A stretch of 64,000 nucleotides of DNA, from positions 96,001 to 160,000 of the forward strand of contig CAVZQN010000004.1 in NCBI GenBank assembly GCA_963777505.1. Direction: 5' to 3'. Position 1 is the stretch's first letter. Every line of letters begins with the position of its first letter. The notes under the pieces are model-generated. The model worked only from the letters and a program-made list of their open reading frames with translations, searched no databases and was not told where the DNA came from. Position numbers and translations under genes: made by a program. The stretch is from an uncultured bacterium. Lineage in GTDB: Bacteria > Acidobacteriota > HRBIN11 > JAKEFK01. Positions 1 to 9,239 of the stretch are shown here, piece after piece.

Positions 1-594
1 TACTCTTGCTGCGGAAATAGCTCCCCAACCAGGAATTCCGGGATAGCCATCTGAGCTGTCACCAACAAGTGCCAGGTAATCAGGTATTGATTCCGGCAAA
101 ACGCCGAATTTTGCAACTACACCTTGCTCATTCAATAATCGCTTCCGGCGTCTATCGAGTTGAACCACTCGATCACCGGAAACGCATTGAGCCAGATCTT
201 TGTCCGGAGTGCAAATCACAACTTGCTCAACGCGGGAATCTGCGGCACCAATCGACGCTCCTGCACCAAGCGCATCATCTGCCTCAAATTCAATCATTGG
301 CCAAACGATAATATTCAACGATGCCAGCGCTTCCTCCAGTACTCTGAATTGCGAATATAAATCAGGCGCAATTCCCGTACCGTCTTTGTAATCGGGCCAT
401 AAATCGTTTCTGAAAGACTCAATTACATAGTCTGTTGCGACGGCGATGTGAGTTGCTTCAGTCAGAAGTTGAAGCATCGAAATAACGACACCTCGTGCAG
501 CAGCAATCTCTTCTTTCTTGCTATTCCTTCGTTTGGGGATTGCGTAATAATGACGGAATAGCTCGTAGGTCCCATCAACAAGATGAATTTTCAT
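1..594 (-). CDS. Stand-alone-type 5'-3' exonuclease / flap endonuclease (PIN + H3TH), runs off the left edge
   Basis: Not in the ORF track. Manual translation from ATG at 594 gives MKIHLVDGTYELFRHYYA...SFRNDLWPDYK...EFEADDALG...TPDKDLAQ...DYLALVGDSSDGYPGIPGWG, the motifs of Pol I 5'-exonuclease/FEN domains. Confidence 0.9.
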   Translation of the reverse strand, partial: MKIHLVDGTYELFRHYYAIPKRRNSKKEEIAAARGVVISMLQLLTEATHIAVATDYVIESFRNDLWPDYKDGTGIAPDLYSQFRVLEEALASLNIIVWPMIEFEADDALGAGASIGAADSRVEQVVICTPDKDLAQCVSGDRVVQLDRRRKRLLNEQGVVAKFGVLPESIPDYLALVGDSSDGYPGIPGWGAISAARV

Positions 595-710
595 ATAGCA
601 AATACGTTATAAGGTGAAAACTAAGCATAAACAATAAATGAAGCATCGCAAAGTCCTCTACGAATGATATAAGTCTGTCATGCTAAAATGGATTCATTAA
701 GTTTTCCTTA

Positions 711-1850
711 ATGAAAACAGATAAAGATCCGGTCGATAGTGCTAGCAAAGCTGGCTTTCCTGCGGAGCGTTTTAGCCGCTTATTCCTTCTGATACTGCTC
801 ATTGCTTTTACAGTTCTATTCATTCGGATGATCCGTTTGTTCTTGATGCCGATTCTCGTTGCGGCAGTTATCTGTAGTCTCACATATCCGTTCTATAACA
901 GGATCCTCAAAACTTTTGGAAACAGAAGAAGCTTGAGTTCAATTGTCGCTTGTTTCTTGCTCCTGATATTCCTCCTGATTCCTTTATTTATGATTGGTGA
1001 CATTGTTTCGCACGAAGCGGTAGTGTTCTATTCCAAAACCGAAAAGAAAATTCAGGAAATTATTGAGAAAGGAGATTCAGGTCCGCTGGGGACACTCAAG
1101 AATTCTTTGTGGTTCCGCCGTTTGAATCTTGAAAAGATGGATTGGCGGTCGACATTCACGAATGTTGCGGGAACTGTTGGAAGTGTATTGACTGTTGTTA
1201 TTCAAAAAACATCTGGTGGTGTGCTTCAAATTATTGCTGGAACTTTGGTAACACTTTTTATCATGTTTTACTTTTTCCGCGATGGTGAAATGATTATCGC
1301 CAGGTTGAAGCATTTGATTCCATTGGAAGATGCTTATGAAGATGTCTTAATTGCCCGATTTGTTAGTGTATCCAGAGCTACTTTCAAAGGAACACTTGTG
1401 ATCGGGCTAATTCAAAGCACAATTGGCGCAATCACACTCTGGATCTGTGGGATCGAGACGCCCGTACTCTGGTGGGTCGTGATGGTGGTTTTTTCGATGA
1501 TTCCACTATTCGGAGCATGGATTGTCATGCATACAGCTGCGATCGTGCAAGCGCTTTCAGGACATGTCGGTGAGGCCATTGCAATATTTTCGGTGACTGT
1601 TTTGATCATTTCGGTTATTGATAACTTTTTACGTCCACGATTGGTTGGGCAGTTTACCGGCATGCATGATCTGATTATTTTCCTGTCTGCACTTGGAGGC
1701 ATCGCGACTTTTGGGCCTCTCGGAATTATCGCAGGGCCGATCGTGGCAGCATTTTTTGTTACCCTCCTTGAAATCTACAGCAAAGAATTTAGAGCTCAGC
1801 TCGACTACCAGAGGAATACATCGCTCAAAGAGAAAGAAAGGATTGAATAG
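711..1850 (+). CDS. AI-2E (PerM/UPF0118) family transporter
   Basis: 379-aa polytopic protein with FYFFRDG, IDNFLRPRLVG and GGIATFGPLGIIAGP motifs. Confidence 0.9.
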   Translation: MKTDKDPVDSASKAGFPAERFSRLFLLILLIAFTVLFIRMIRLFLMPILVAAVICSLTYPFYNRILKTFGNRRSLSSIVACFLLLIFLLIPLFMIGDIVSHEAVVFYSKTEKKIQEIIEKGDSGPLGTLKNSLWFRRLNLEKMDWRSTFTNVAGTVGSVLTVVIQKTSGGVLQIIAGTLVTLFIMFYFFRDGEMIIARLKHLIPLEDAYEDVLIARFVSVSRATFKGTLVIGLIQSTIGAITLWICGIETPVLWWVVMVVFSMIPLFGAWIVMHTAAIVQALSGHVGEAIAIFSVTVLIISVIDNFLRPRLVGQFTGMHDLIIFLSALGGIATFGPLGIIAGPIVAAFFVTLLEIYSKEFRAQLDYQRNTSLKEKERIE

Positions 1851-1859
1851 AGTGTGTGA

Positions 1860-3227
1860 TCATTGTCTTTGACTATGCTTTTGCAGCCATTTGATTTGAG
1901 CCGGAAAGTAATCTGATTCGAACGAAAGAATTTCACGTTTACCGTTCTTGTCTTCGAATCGCAAAATTCCATGTTCTGCTTTAGGATAGAGTTTTACTTC
2001 GATTGGACATCCTTCTGATTTGAGTTCTTCCAACCTGGAGATTGTTGTCTCAGTTGGCAAACTACTGTCTTCTCCGCCCATAAGCCAGAGACTTGGAGTT
2101 GACTTTAATGAACGAAGGGTTGGCACTGGATCATATAATCTTAAAATGAATGGTTCCGCTGTGTCCCTGCTATCCAGTTTCCACCATGTATAGATGCGCA
2201 CCACCCAGAAAGGCATCCATGTATCGGTTACAAAACCGAGCAAAGAATCGCTCCCTTTAACACTTTGATACCATGGCCGATTCTTGGCTTGATCCAGACT
2301 TTGTTTCAAGTCACTCCATCGATCCTTTCCATTGTCCATAATGTCAGAAATAATGTTGTTAATTGCATCCGCTTGTGCGATTTCCTGATCACCAAATCCT
2401 TTTTTTCGGAGAGCATACACATAACCCCATCGATCTTCATCGGCGACTGTAACAAGAGGTCCATAACCAATGAGCAAACTTCGTATTTTAGGATCTTGAG
2501 TAGCAGCTATCGGAGCAATCCATCCTCCTTGACTGTATCCTGCAAGATGTATGAGGTCCGGATCGATCGCTTTTTGTTGTCTTAATGAACTAACCGCGGC
2601 TAGCGTATCGCGTGCCAGAACCTGAAAGTTTTGTGTAAAGCTTCCTTCCGATTGCCCTGTGCCACGCTTATCGTAAACCATAGTTGCGATACCGTGTGTG
2701 GCAAAGAGATAAGGGTGGAAATACGTTTCGACGGCGCTTTCATCTCCTGAGCCATGCACTATTACAACAGCTGGAAATTGTCCGGAACCCTGTGGCAGAA
2801 CGAGCTTGCCGCGCAATTTCAAATCTCCGCTTTGAAAAGTAAATACGGATTCAGAAAGATTAATTCTCTCAGCAAGCTGCTCTGGTTGATCTTTCTTTTG
2901 CCATCTTAATCCGGTTACATTTTTGTGTGAATCACGGTTGAACGTGATTGTGATTTCTACTGGTTCCTTGTTTACCCATCCAGGACCAGCAGTGAAAACG
3001 TTTTCTCGGGCAGGCCATAAAGCACGACTTTCCCCATCCATCATCCGATAACGGAGAACATCACCTTCGCGTACGGCAATAAATACATAACGCCCGTCAT
3101 TGAAGCGATATGCTCCATTGTATTGAGTATTGTTATGTTTGGGCCGCGAATACCAGTATGCCGCGCCGCCACCTACAAGGAGAAGAATCAAGATGGCAAC
3201 AATCTTTTTTCGTTTGAAGAATCTCAT
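1860..3227 (-). CDS. Membrane-anchored/secreted alpha/beta hydrolase (S9/aminopeptidase-like)
   Basis: N-terminal anchor, VHGSG, YDKRGTG, nucleophile GYSQGG, GEDSS, AEHG. Confidence 0.85.
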   Translation of the reverse strand: MRFFKRKKIVAILILLLVGGGAAYWYSRPKHNNTQYNGAYRFNDGRYVFIAVREGDVLRYRMMDGESRALWPARENVFTAGPGWVNKEPVEITITFNRDSHKNVTGLRWQKKDQPEQLAERINLSESVFTFQSGDLKLRGKLVLPQGSGQFPAVVIVHGSGDESAVETYFHPYLFATHGIATMVYDKRGTGQSEGSFTQNFQVLARDTLAAVSSLRQQKAIDPDLIHLAGYSQGGWIAPIAATQDPKIRSLLIGYGPLVTVADEDRWGYVYALRKKGFGDQEIAQADAINNIISDIMDNGKDRWSDLKQSLDQAKNRPWYQSVKGSDSLLGFVTDTWMPFWVVRIYTWWKLDSRDTAEPFILRLYDPVPTLRSLKSTPSLWLMGGEDSSLPTETTISRLEELKSEGCPIEVKLYPKAEHGILRFEDKNGKREILSFESDYFPAQIKWLQKHSQRQ

Positions 3228-3280
3228 TTTTAAAGAAAGACGTAAGTTGCACTTACAAAGTTGCTATTCATTTGTACAGC

Positions 3281-3305
3281 GGGCGGGTCTTAGACCCGCC
3301 CCTAC
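3281..3305. repeat. GTAG-type REP hairpin, family A (GGGCGGGTC-TTA-GACCCGCCC-CTAC)
   Basis: Perfect 9-bp stem. Near-identical copies at 16785, 21572, 32076, 52304 and a degenerate copy at 9156. Confidence 0.85.
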
Positions 3306-4777
3306 TCCTCTGGAGCGATTTCTGATTTCGATTTATCAAACGCAGCTTTAACTTCACTATTATCCGTCAGCAAGTAATACCGATTGTTCGCAAGAGCCCA
3401 ATCAGGTTGCGTTTCTGATCGATAAATTCCCATTCCATCACGGATGAGGGCCACATTGCGCGTCCTCAAATACTCTAAGGGCGCAATCTTCTCATGTCCC
3501 GGGCGTGTTCGCTTCTTAATAGGAAGATGGGCGACTGTCGTGTCTGTTAAGCCAAGCGTATCAATGATCGGCAAACGGCTCGCATACCCAAATGCCCCAA
3601 CTGCATCGGTGGCGACTACAGTGTTTCGTGGAAGGTTTTTTCCCAAGACTGAGCCTTCCTTCAACCACAATTCAATAACAGGAATCCAGGTTCTTTCATC
3701 TGCAATATTATTCTTGATTGTTCGTGGCTCGATCATTTGACGATCGATAGCACTTGTTGCAATAAGCAAAATAACTGCACACTTAAAGCTGAGTCCCGTT
3801 AGAAAGCTACGCAATAAGTATTCGAGACCGAGATAAGTCCATGGAAGGATCGGGATCAAGAATCGGCCTTCCATGAAATCACCGCCTATCCGGATTACAT
3901 AAAAGAGATGGATGGAACAGAACGCAGTAATTACAAGAAAGAAATCGTTTTTCAATAATTGAAATTTGTTCGATTGAAAAGCAACAACAATCGGAACAAA
4001 TAAGAATGCCCAGAGCGAATAACGCTGCGCAAACTCCCAGACGTAAGTCAACCCTTGTTGATAATACGGCTCACTTGCTGCCTTCGCATAGAACGTATTG
4101 GGGAAAAAGTATCCGTAATAGTTGTACCTCCACAAGAAATACGGAACATACAGGGCTATGAATGGAAAAATTAACCAGCCCACGCTTTTCAGCCGGCGCA
4201 ACTGTACGGAACGAACTATTGTGTAAGCTGCAATCACACCAAAAGCCAAAACGGCATCGGGTCTCGTCATCACAGCCAATGCTTGAAGTGAGCCAATGAT
4301 CGCAAGCCTTGATTCAGAAAAATTCTGAGTGTGCTTTGGGAGGAAATAAAATGAAGCTGCCAACAAGGCGGATAATAATGAGGTTTCCAAACCACTCGTA
4401 GAAAAACAAGCCCAGGTGTAATTTGTTACTAGTGCAAATAGGAAGAATGGAATCAAATTTCTTCCGATGAATTCTTGATGAGTATAAAAAAGAAATATTA
4501 AGGAAACGGTTGTAAAAATAAGACCCAGTGTGAGTGAGATTGCCTCAGGACTTATTTGAAGTGCAAGGCCTGGTACAAGAAGAAGGGTCCATAAAAAATT
4601 GGTATAGCCTTCTACTTTTTCGCCGAGATTAAAAACGAGGCCGTGTCCTTCTACAAGATTGCGGGCGTATCGAAAAGAGATGTAAGCGTCTTCGGCGACC
4701 CAACTGAAGTAATATGCATAGCTCAATCCGATCAAAATGACTGCTGTGAGGATTGCAATCCGAAGCTTATTCGACAT
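3302..4777 (-). CDS. GT-C-type (ArnT/AftB-like) membrane glycosyltransferase
   Basis: EDAYISFRYARNL..G.G.VFN.GE.VEGYTNFLW, SGLET, TRPD, PNTFYAK, GGDFM..RF. ATG at 4777 is preferred over the GTG at 4798, which lies inside a repeat. Confidence 0.75.
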   Translation of the reverse strand: MSNKLRIAILTAVILIGLSYAYYFSWVAEDAYISFRYARNLVEGHGLVFNLGEKVEGYTNFLWTLLLVPGLALQISPEAISLTLGLIFTTVSLIFLFYTHQEFIGRNLIPFFLFALVTNYTWACFSTSGLETSLLSALLAASFYFLPKHTQNFSESRLAIIGSLQALAVMTRPDAVLAFGVIAAYTIVRSVQLRRLKSVGWLIFPFIALYVPYFLWRYNYYGYFFPNTFYAKAASEPYYQQGLTYVWEFAQRYSLWAFLFVPIVVAFQSNKFQLLKNDFFLVITAFCSIHLFYVIRIGGDFMEGRFLIPILPWTYLGLEYLLRSFLTGLSFKCAVILLIATSAIDRQMIEPRTIKNNIADERTWIPVIELWLKEGSVLGKNLPRNTVVATDAVGAFGYASRLPIIDTLGLTDTTVAHLPIKKRTRPGHEKIAPLEYLRTRNVALIRDGMGIYRSETQPDWALANNRYYLLTDNSEVKAAFDKSKSEIAPEE

Positions 4778-4784
4778 AGAAATT

Positions 4785-4821
4785 AACCACGGAGTCACGG
4801 AAACTTTGTGGCTCCGTGGTT
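4785..4821. repeat. Family B repeat as inverted doublet (AACCACGGAGTCAC...GTGGCTCCGTGGTT)
   Basis: 14-bp stem with one G-U pair. Same motif recurs at 27336 and 37286, related copies elsewhere. Confidence 0.75.
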
Positions 4822-4853
4822 TATAGAACGATTACTTCAAGAGTACAACAGTT

Positions 4854-6086
4854 TTACCGGCAGGGCGCTGAGCAGCCATCGAGTTGTGGCCATGTGTAGA
4901 GTTTGCTTTCGCCGGGACGTGGCCAGTAACGGCCTCCTGATACTCTTATTCGAGCAAGTCCGCCGCCGAGGTTAACGAATTCGCAAATGGTTCCGATCCA
5001 ATATTCAGTTCCAGGGCTTCTGCCTGGATAACCGCCTTTACGAATATCGCCACAACGGTAATAGGCTTCGCATCCTGCACCGCCATTAAAGCGTCCAACA
5101 ATTGTCCGCGAACCGCGATCTGCGCTGACTACAGTAAATAAGAATCCGGGTCCATGTCCGCCTTTTCCTGAACAGCGTTGCCCTGTTTCTTTTTCAACTT
5201 CGATTTCACGGAACAGATTTGCTTTTGAGCCTTTGTTATCTGTGACTGTTAATTCGGTTTCGTAAGAACCTTCCCGGCCGTATTCATGGCTGATTTGTTC
5301 ACCCTTTCCAGTTTTGCCATCACCGAATTTCCAAAGGAAGTCCACGATTCGACCGTCGGGATCATCGCTCGCGGAAGCATCATAAGCAAAAGTTGTGGAA
5401 GTGTTGCCTTTTCCAGGACTCACTGAAAATCGAGCAACAGGTGGTTTGTTTCTAACAACATCAAGCTCACGACCTACTGTCCCTGTCGCTTGACTGCGAT
5501 CGGAAACAGTAAGTTGGACCCTATATGTTCCTGCTGATAAATATTTGTGAGTCGTTAATTTTCCTTTGCCACTCTTACCATCACCAAAATCCCATTGATA
5601 TGTTGCAATATCACCATTCGAATCTTCGGAAATAGAAGCATCAAACTTTACAATCGAATCGATTCCTGGTGAGATTGGATCTTGTTTGAATTTGGCAATT
5701 GGAGCAACATTTTGACTCAGCGAAAATACTGAAGAGGAGTTGGCTGTGCCGGCTGCAGTTGTAACCGCGATCGATCGCGATCCTGCAGAAGTTGTCCGAG
5801 AAGCTGAAACACGGACAAGAATTTCCGAGGGACTTGTAGAACTGAAAGACTGCACCGAAATTCCGTCCCCCATTTGCACTGCAGTAACTCCGCTCAGATT
5901 TGCACCTGAAATCCGTACATCCTGGTTTTGCTGGCCCCGGCTGATTTGCGCCGGACTTGCCGAAGCAATTGATGGTTGTGCTGATTGTGTAACATCCTGA
6001 TTATTTCTATCGTCATCACCACAACCGCCGCAAAATATTGCGACAGCAAACAGCTTGACGGCTACTATTGAGAGTCTCAAATTCAT
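4854..6086 (-). CDS. Putative lipoprotein with Ig/IPT-like domain, two PKD domains and a Cys-rich C-terminal domain
   Basis: Signal peptide ending ..FCGGC; two PKD repeats (DAS.S.D..G.I..Y.WDFGDG...H.Y...G.Y.V.LTV.D). Confidence 0.8.
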   Translation of the reverse strand: MNLRLSIVAVKLFAVAIFCGGCGDDDRNNQDVTQSAQPSIASASPAQISRGQQNQDVRISGANLSGVTAVQMGDGISVQSFSSTSPSEILVRVSASRTTSAGSRSIAVTTAAGTANSSSVFSLSQNVAPIAKFKQDPISPGIDSIVKFDASISEDSNGDIATYQWDFGDGKSGKGKLTTHKYLSAGTYRVQLTVSDRSQATGTVGRELDVVRNKPPVARFSVSPGKGNTSTTFAYDASASDDPDGRIVDFLWKFGDGKTGKGEQISHEYGREGSYETELTVTDNKGSKANLFREIEVEKETGQRCSGKGGHGPGFLFTVVSADRGSRTIVGRFNGGAGCEAYYRCGDIRKGGYPGRSPGTEYWIGTICEFVNLGGGLARIRVSGGRYWPRPGESKLYTWPQLDGCSAPCR

Positions 6087-6187
6087 CCCAGTGTCTCCTT
6101 ACCTCAAAATTCTTGGCAGGATTTTACCACAGAAAAATTTTGAACTCATGCAAAATCAAAAGATCGTAAAAAACAGTAATCCCCACG

Positions 6188-6940
6188 CTAATCATCCAAA
6201 TGCTTAAAAAATAGCATCGGTAGGATCTGGCGTTCTAATCTCTCATCAAAACCGCATCGATCGGCAAATTCTGTTGTGTCCATGTATGTGCCAAAAATGC
6301 GATCCCAAATCGGCAAGTCTGAAAAATTATAGAAATGTACATCATATTGATGATGTATCGAATGCAACTCAGGCGTCTGAATGAAGTATCGGATCCAGCC
6401 CGGAGTTTTAAGGTTTGCGTGGTAAAAATATTCTCCAACTGCGGCAAAGAAATTGTTCCAAAAAACGCCCATCATCGAACAGCCCAATAATGGATACAAA
6501 ACGATCGCAGTCAAAATGGAGTCACTTAAGATTTCGATTGGATGTTTGTAAAAGGATGTAACAACTTCGATTCGTGCAGGAGAGTGATGCACTTGATGGA
6601 AAATGTACCAGAGAAATCGAGAGTGTCTGAATCTGTGCCACCAATAGAAGAAAAAAGTACCGATCGTCCAGCCGATGAGTCCTTCTAAGATTGGGTTTTG
6701 GAGGTTACTTAAGTGAAATAAGGAATGCTCACCAAATAACTTGATCCAGATTTCGGCGGTGGACACAGTAATTACGAATTGTGCGAGGTTGACCAAAAGT
6801 GCGCGAATGTACCAACCTTTCACTTTTGGTAATTGCCTTCCAGGAAATAATCGTTCCACAACAAGAAAGAAAATTGTTGCAACAGTCAGGCAAATCGTTG
6901 GAGTTGTTAACTGAGGGATCGCATTGATATTCATAATCAT
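6188..6940 (-). CDS. Sterol desaturase / fatty acid hydroxylase family protein
   Basis: His boxes YWWHRFRH, HQVHHS, YHAN, LHSIHH, and WDRIFGT. Confidence 0.9.
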   Translation of the reverse strand: MIMNINAIPQLTTPTICLTVATIFFLVVERLFPGRQLPKVKGWYIRALLVNLAQFVITVSTAEIWIKLFGEHSLFHLSNLQNPILEGLIGWTIGTFFFYWWHRFRHSRFLWYIFHQVHHSPARIEVVTSFYKHPIEILSDSILTAIVLYPLLGCSMMGVFWNNFFAAVGEYFYHANLKTPGWIRYFIQTPELHSIHHQYDVHFYNFSDLPIWDRIFGTYMDTTEFADRCGFDERLERQILPMLFFKHLDD

Positions 6941-7106
6941 TCATTACGAAGGTAGGATTCGTGCGTTCCTCCGCTATGTGAGAGCTAACAAAGTGTGACA
7001 ATTAAATGGAACGTTTTATGGGAGGGTGAATGAGCGAGACGCCCCCTGCTTTGCCGCAAGAATTGCTTGATTGCGAGAGTAGGCATGTCTACAATGTTCA
7101 GACGCT

Positions 7107-9185
7107 ATGAATCGTAATGCAGTTCGGTTGTTTTTCTGCGGTTTCTTGATCCTTTTTTTGGAGCTGGTTCTCATCCGCTATTTAGCAGGCAGCGTATGGA
7201 ACATGGGCTTCTTTCCCAATCTTGTTTTGATGGCCGTTTTTATTGGAATGGGGTTGGGCTTTCTGTTTCATCAGCACATTTCTGAAGAACGTTCTCCCTG
7301 GTTTTTTCAGGCTTCTGTTTTTGTGCTCGGACTTCTTGTAATTCTCCTTTACTACAAACATCCGATCGTTCCCGGCTTTTCGCGATGGATCGGAAATCTC
7401 GGCAATGAAATTTTCTTCACAATGAGTCCTCATGACTCCGGAATCTGGGATTACCTGATTTTCATCATCATTTTCTTTAGCGTCATTTCCATTTTCGTAT
7501 TGATTTCTCAACGTACAGCAAAATTTTTTCGCCAGTTTGCGCCGCTTCGTGCGTATACGCTCGACATTTCGGGATCTTGCGCAGGCATTCTTGCATTTAT
7601 GGCGATGAGCTGGTTTCAACTTCCGGCCTGGATATGGTTCCTGCTCTTGATTCCATTATTTTTGATTGTTCTTAATGGATCATTGATAAAAACAGTTGTT
7701 CCAGTTGTAGTCGTTCTGCTTGTGGCAGCGTTTTATGTTTATAGACAAGATCAACAGTTATTAATGGATCGTGCTTATAAGGGCGTAGTTGAAGTGAAAT
7801 GGTCTCCGTATCAAAAGGTTGAATATATTAGTAAACCTACTCAACACATTTTTGTGAACGGACTTGGCCATCAGAATATGGTTTCACCTAACGAGTTGCC
7901 AAACTCACTGTATGCACTTCCTTATAGGTACAGAGAGAAGAATAATCGTCCACAGGCTGAAAATGTGCTTGTGATCGGAGCAGGATCAGGCAATGACGTT
8001 GCAACCGCGCTCATATTTGGAGCAAAGTTGGTTGATGCTGTCGAAATCGATCCTGTAATCGCAGGTCTTGGGAAAAAATATCATCCTGCACAAGCGTACA
8101 AAGACCCTCGGGTCAATCTGGTGGTGGATGATGCGCGCGCTTTTATGACCAATACCAGGCGAAAATACGATTTGATCGTTTTTGCTCTAACGGATTCACT
8201 TGTAAAAGTCAGCCCCATGGCCCAACTCCGTTTGGAGAATTACATCTTCACTGAACAAGCAGTGCAAACTGCGTACAATCTTTTGAAGAAAGATGGCAAC
8301 ATTGTATTTTATAATTTCTACCGCCTGCCCTGGATCAAGGAAAAAATTGAGAGAATGACTTACACGGGTATTGGCCGTTATCCGTTAACGCGGACAAGAA
8401 AGAATTCAGATTTTTCGGTCATGATTGTGGATTCAAATCTTGATGTTGCCCCGCCAAAGACTGCTGAAATGAATCTTGATATTCCCGTAGACGACTGGCC
8501 GTTTTTGTATTTAAAGCATCGCGGAATTCCAGCTATTTATCTGAAAGTTATAGCCGGACTTGCCGTCTTTGTGGTGATTCTAAGTTTTGTATTGCGCCGA
8601 TCTGTAAAAAAAACCGGTGAGAATCAGGCTAACGACGGTTATATCAAAGGTGCATTCTTTTTTATGGGAGTTGCCTTTTTGTTGTTGGAGACAAAAAGTG
8701 TAATTCAGTTCAGTTTGTTATTCGGTACGACATGGCTGAATAATTCGCTTGTCTTTTTAGGTGTGCTTGTTTTTGTTCTGCTAGCAAATCATCTTGCGAA
8801 TCTGTTTCCACGTCCCGGTCTGTTAAAGCTTGCGTACTTCCTTTTAATCGTCATGTGTTTGTTACAGTTGATTTATCCGCTATCCAATCTGCTGAAAATT
8901 CAGAGTTCCGCTCTTCGATTTGTGCTAGCTTCGCTGCTTACATTTTCGCCGATCTTTTTTGCCAATCTTATTTTTAGCATTACGTTTCGTGACAGGCCCT
9001 TGGCTGAACATTTATTTGGTTGGAATTTGTTCGGTGCTTTTGTTGGAGGGATTCTGGAATATACGAGTATGGCAGTCGGCTACAATTTTCTTTCGGTAAT
9101 TGTAGCAATTTCCTACACGATTGTTTTCGCGCTCCTGGTATTGGAGAAAAGAGTTGCGGGTCTTAGACCGGCCGGACAAGATTAG
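7107..9185 (+). CDS. Membrane protein with spermidine-synthase-like class I SAM-dependent domain
   Basis: TM blocks flank WSPYQKV, VLVIGAGSGND, VDAVEIDP, DDARAF, YDLIVF, DDWPFLY. Confidence 0.8.
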   Translation: MNRNAVRLFFCGFLILFLELVLIRYLAGSVWNMGFFPNLVLMAVFIGMGLGFLFHQHISEERSPWFFQASVFVLGLLVILLYYKHPIVPGFSRWIGNLGNEIFFTMSPHDSGIWDYLIFIIIFFSVISIFVLISQRTAKFFRQFAPLRAYTLDISGSCAGILAFMAMSWFQLPAWIWFLLLIPLFLIVLNGSLIKTVVPVVVVLLVAAFYVYRQDQQLLMDRAYKGVVEVKWSPYQKVEYISKPTQHIFVNGLGHQNMVSPNELPNSLYALPYRYREKNNRPQAENVLVIGAGSGNDVATALIFGAKLVDAVEIDPVIAGLGKKYHPAQAYKDPRVNLVVDDARAFMTNTRRKYDLIVFALTDSLVKVSPMAQLRLENYIFTEQAVQTAYNLLKKDGNIVFYNFYRLPWIKEKIERMTYTGIGRYPLTRTRKNSDFSVMIVDSNLDVAPPKTAEMNLDIPVDDWPFLYLKHRGIPAIYLKVIAGLAVFVVILSFVLRRSVKKTGENQANDGYIKGAFFFMGVAFLLLETKSVIQFSLLFGTTWLNNSLVFLGVLVFVLLANHLANLFPRPGLLKLAYFLLIVMCLLQLIYPLSNLLKIQSSALRFVLASLLTFSPIFFANLIFSITFRDRPLAEHLFGWNLFGAFVGGILEYTSMAVGYNFLSVIVAISYTIVFALLVLEKRVAGLRPAGQD

Positions 9186-9239
9186 AATTTGTAGTTCACT
9201 GTTCTCCCTCGATAGTATCTTCTGCGGTAGAATACATCG

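Noticed and set aside
69-391. Short plus-strand ORFs at the window start
   Set aside because: They are antisense shadows of the 5'-3' exonuclease gene on the minus strand.
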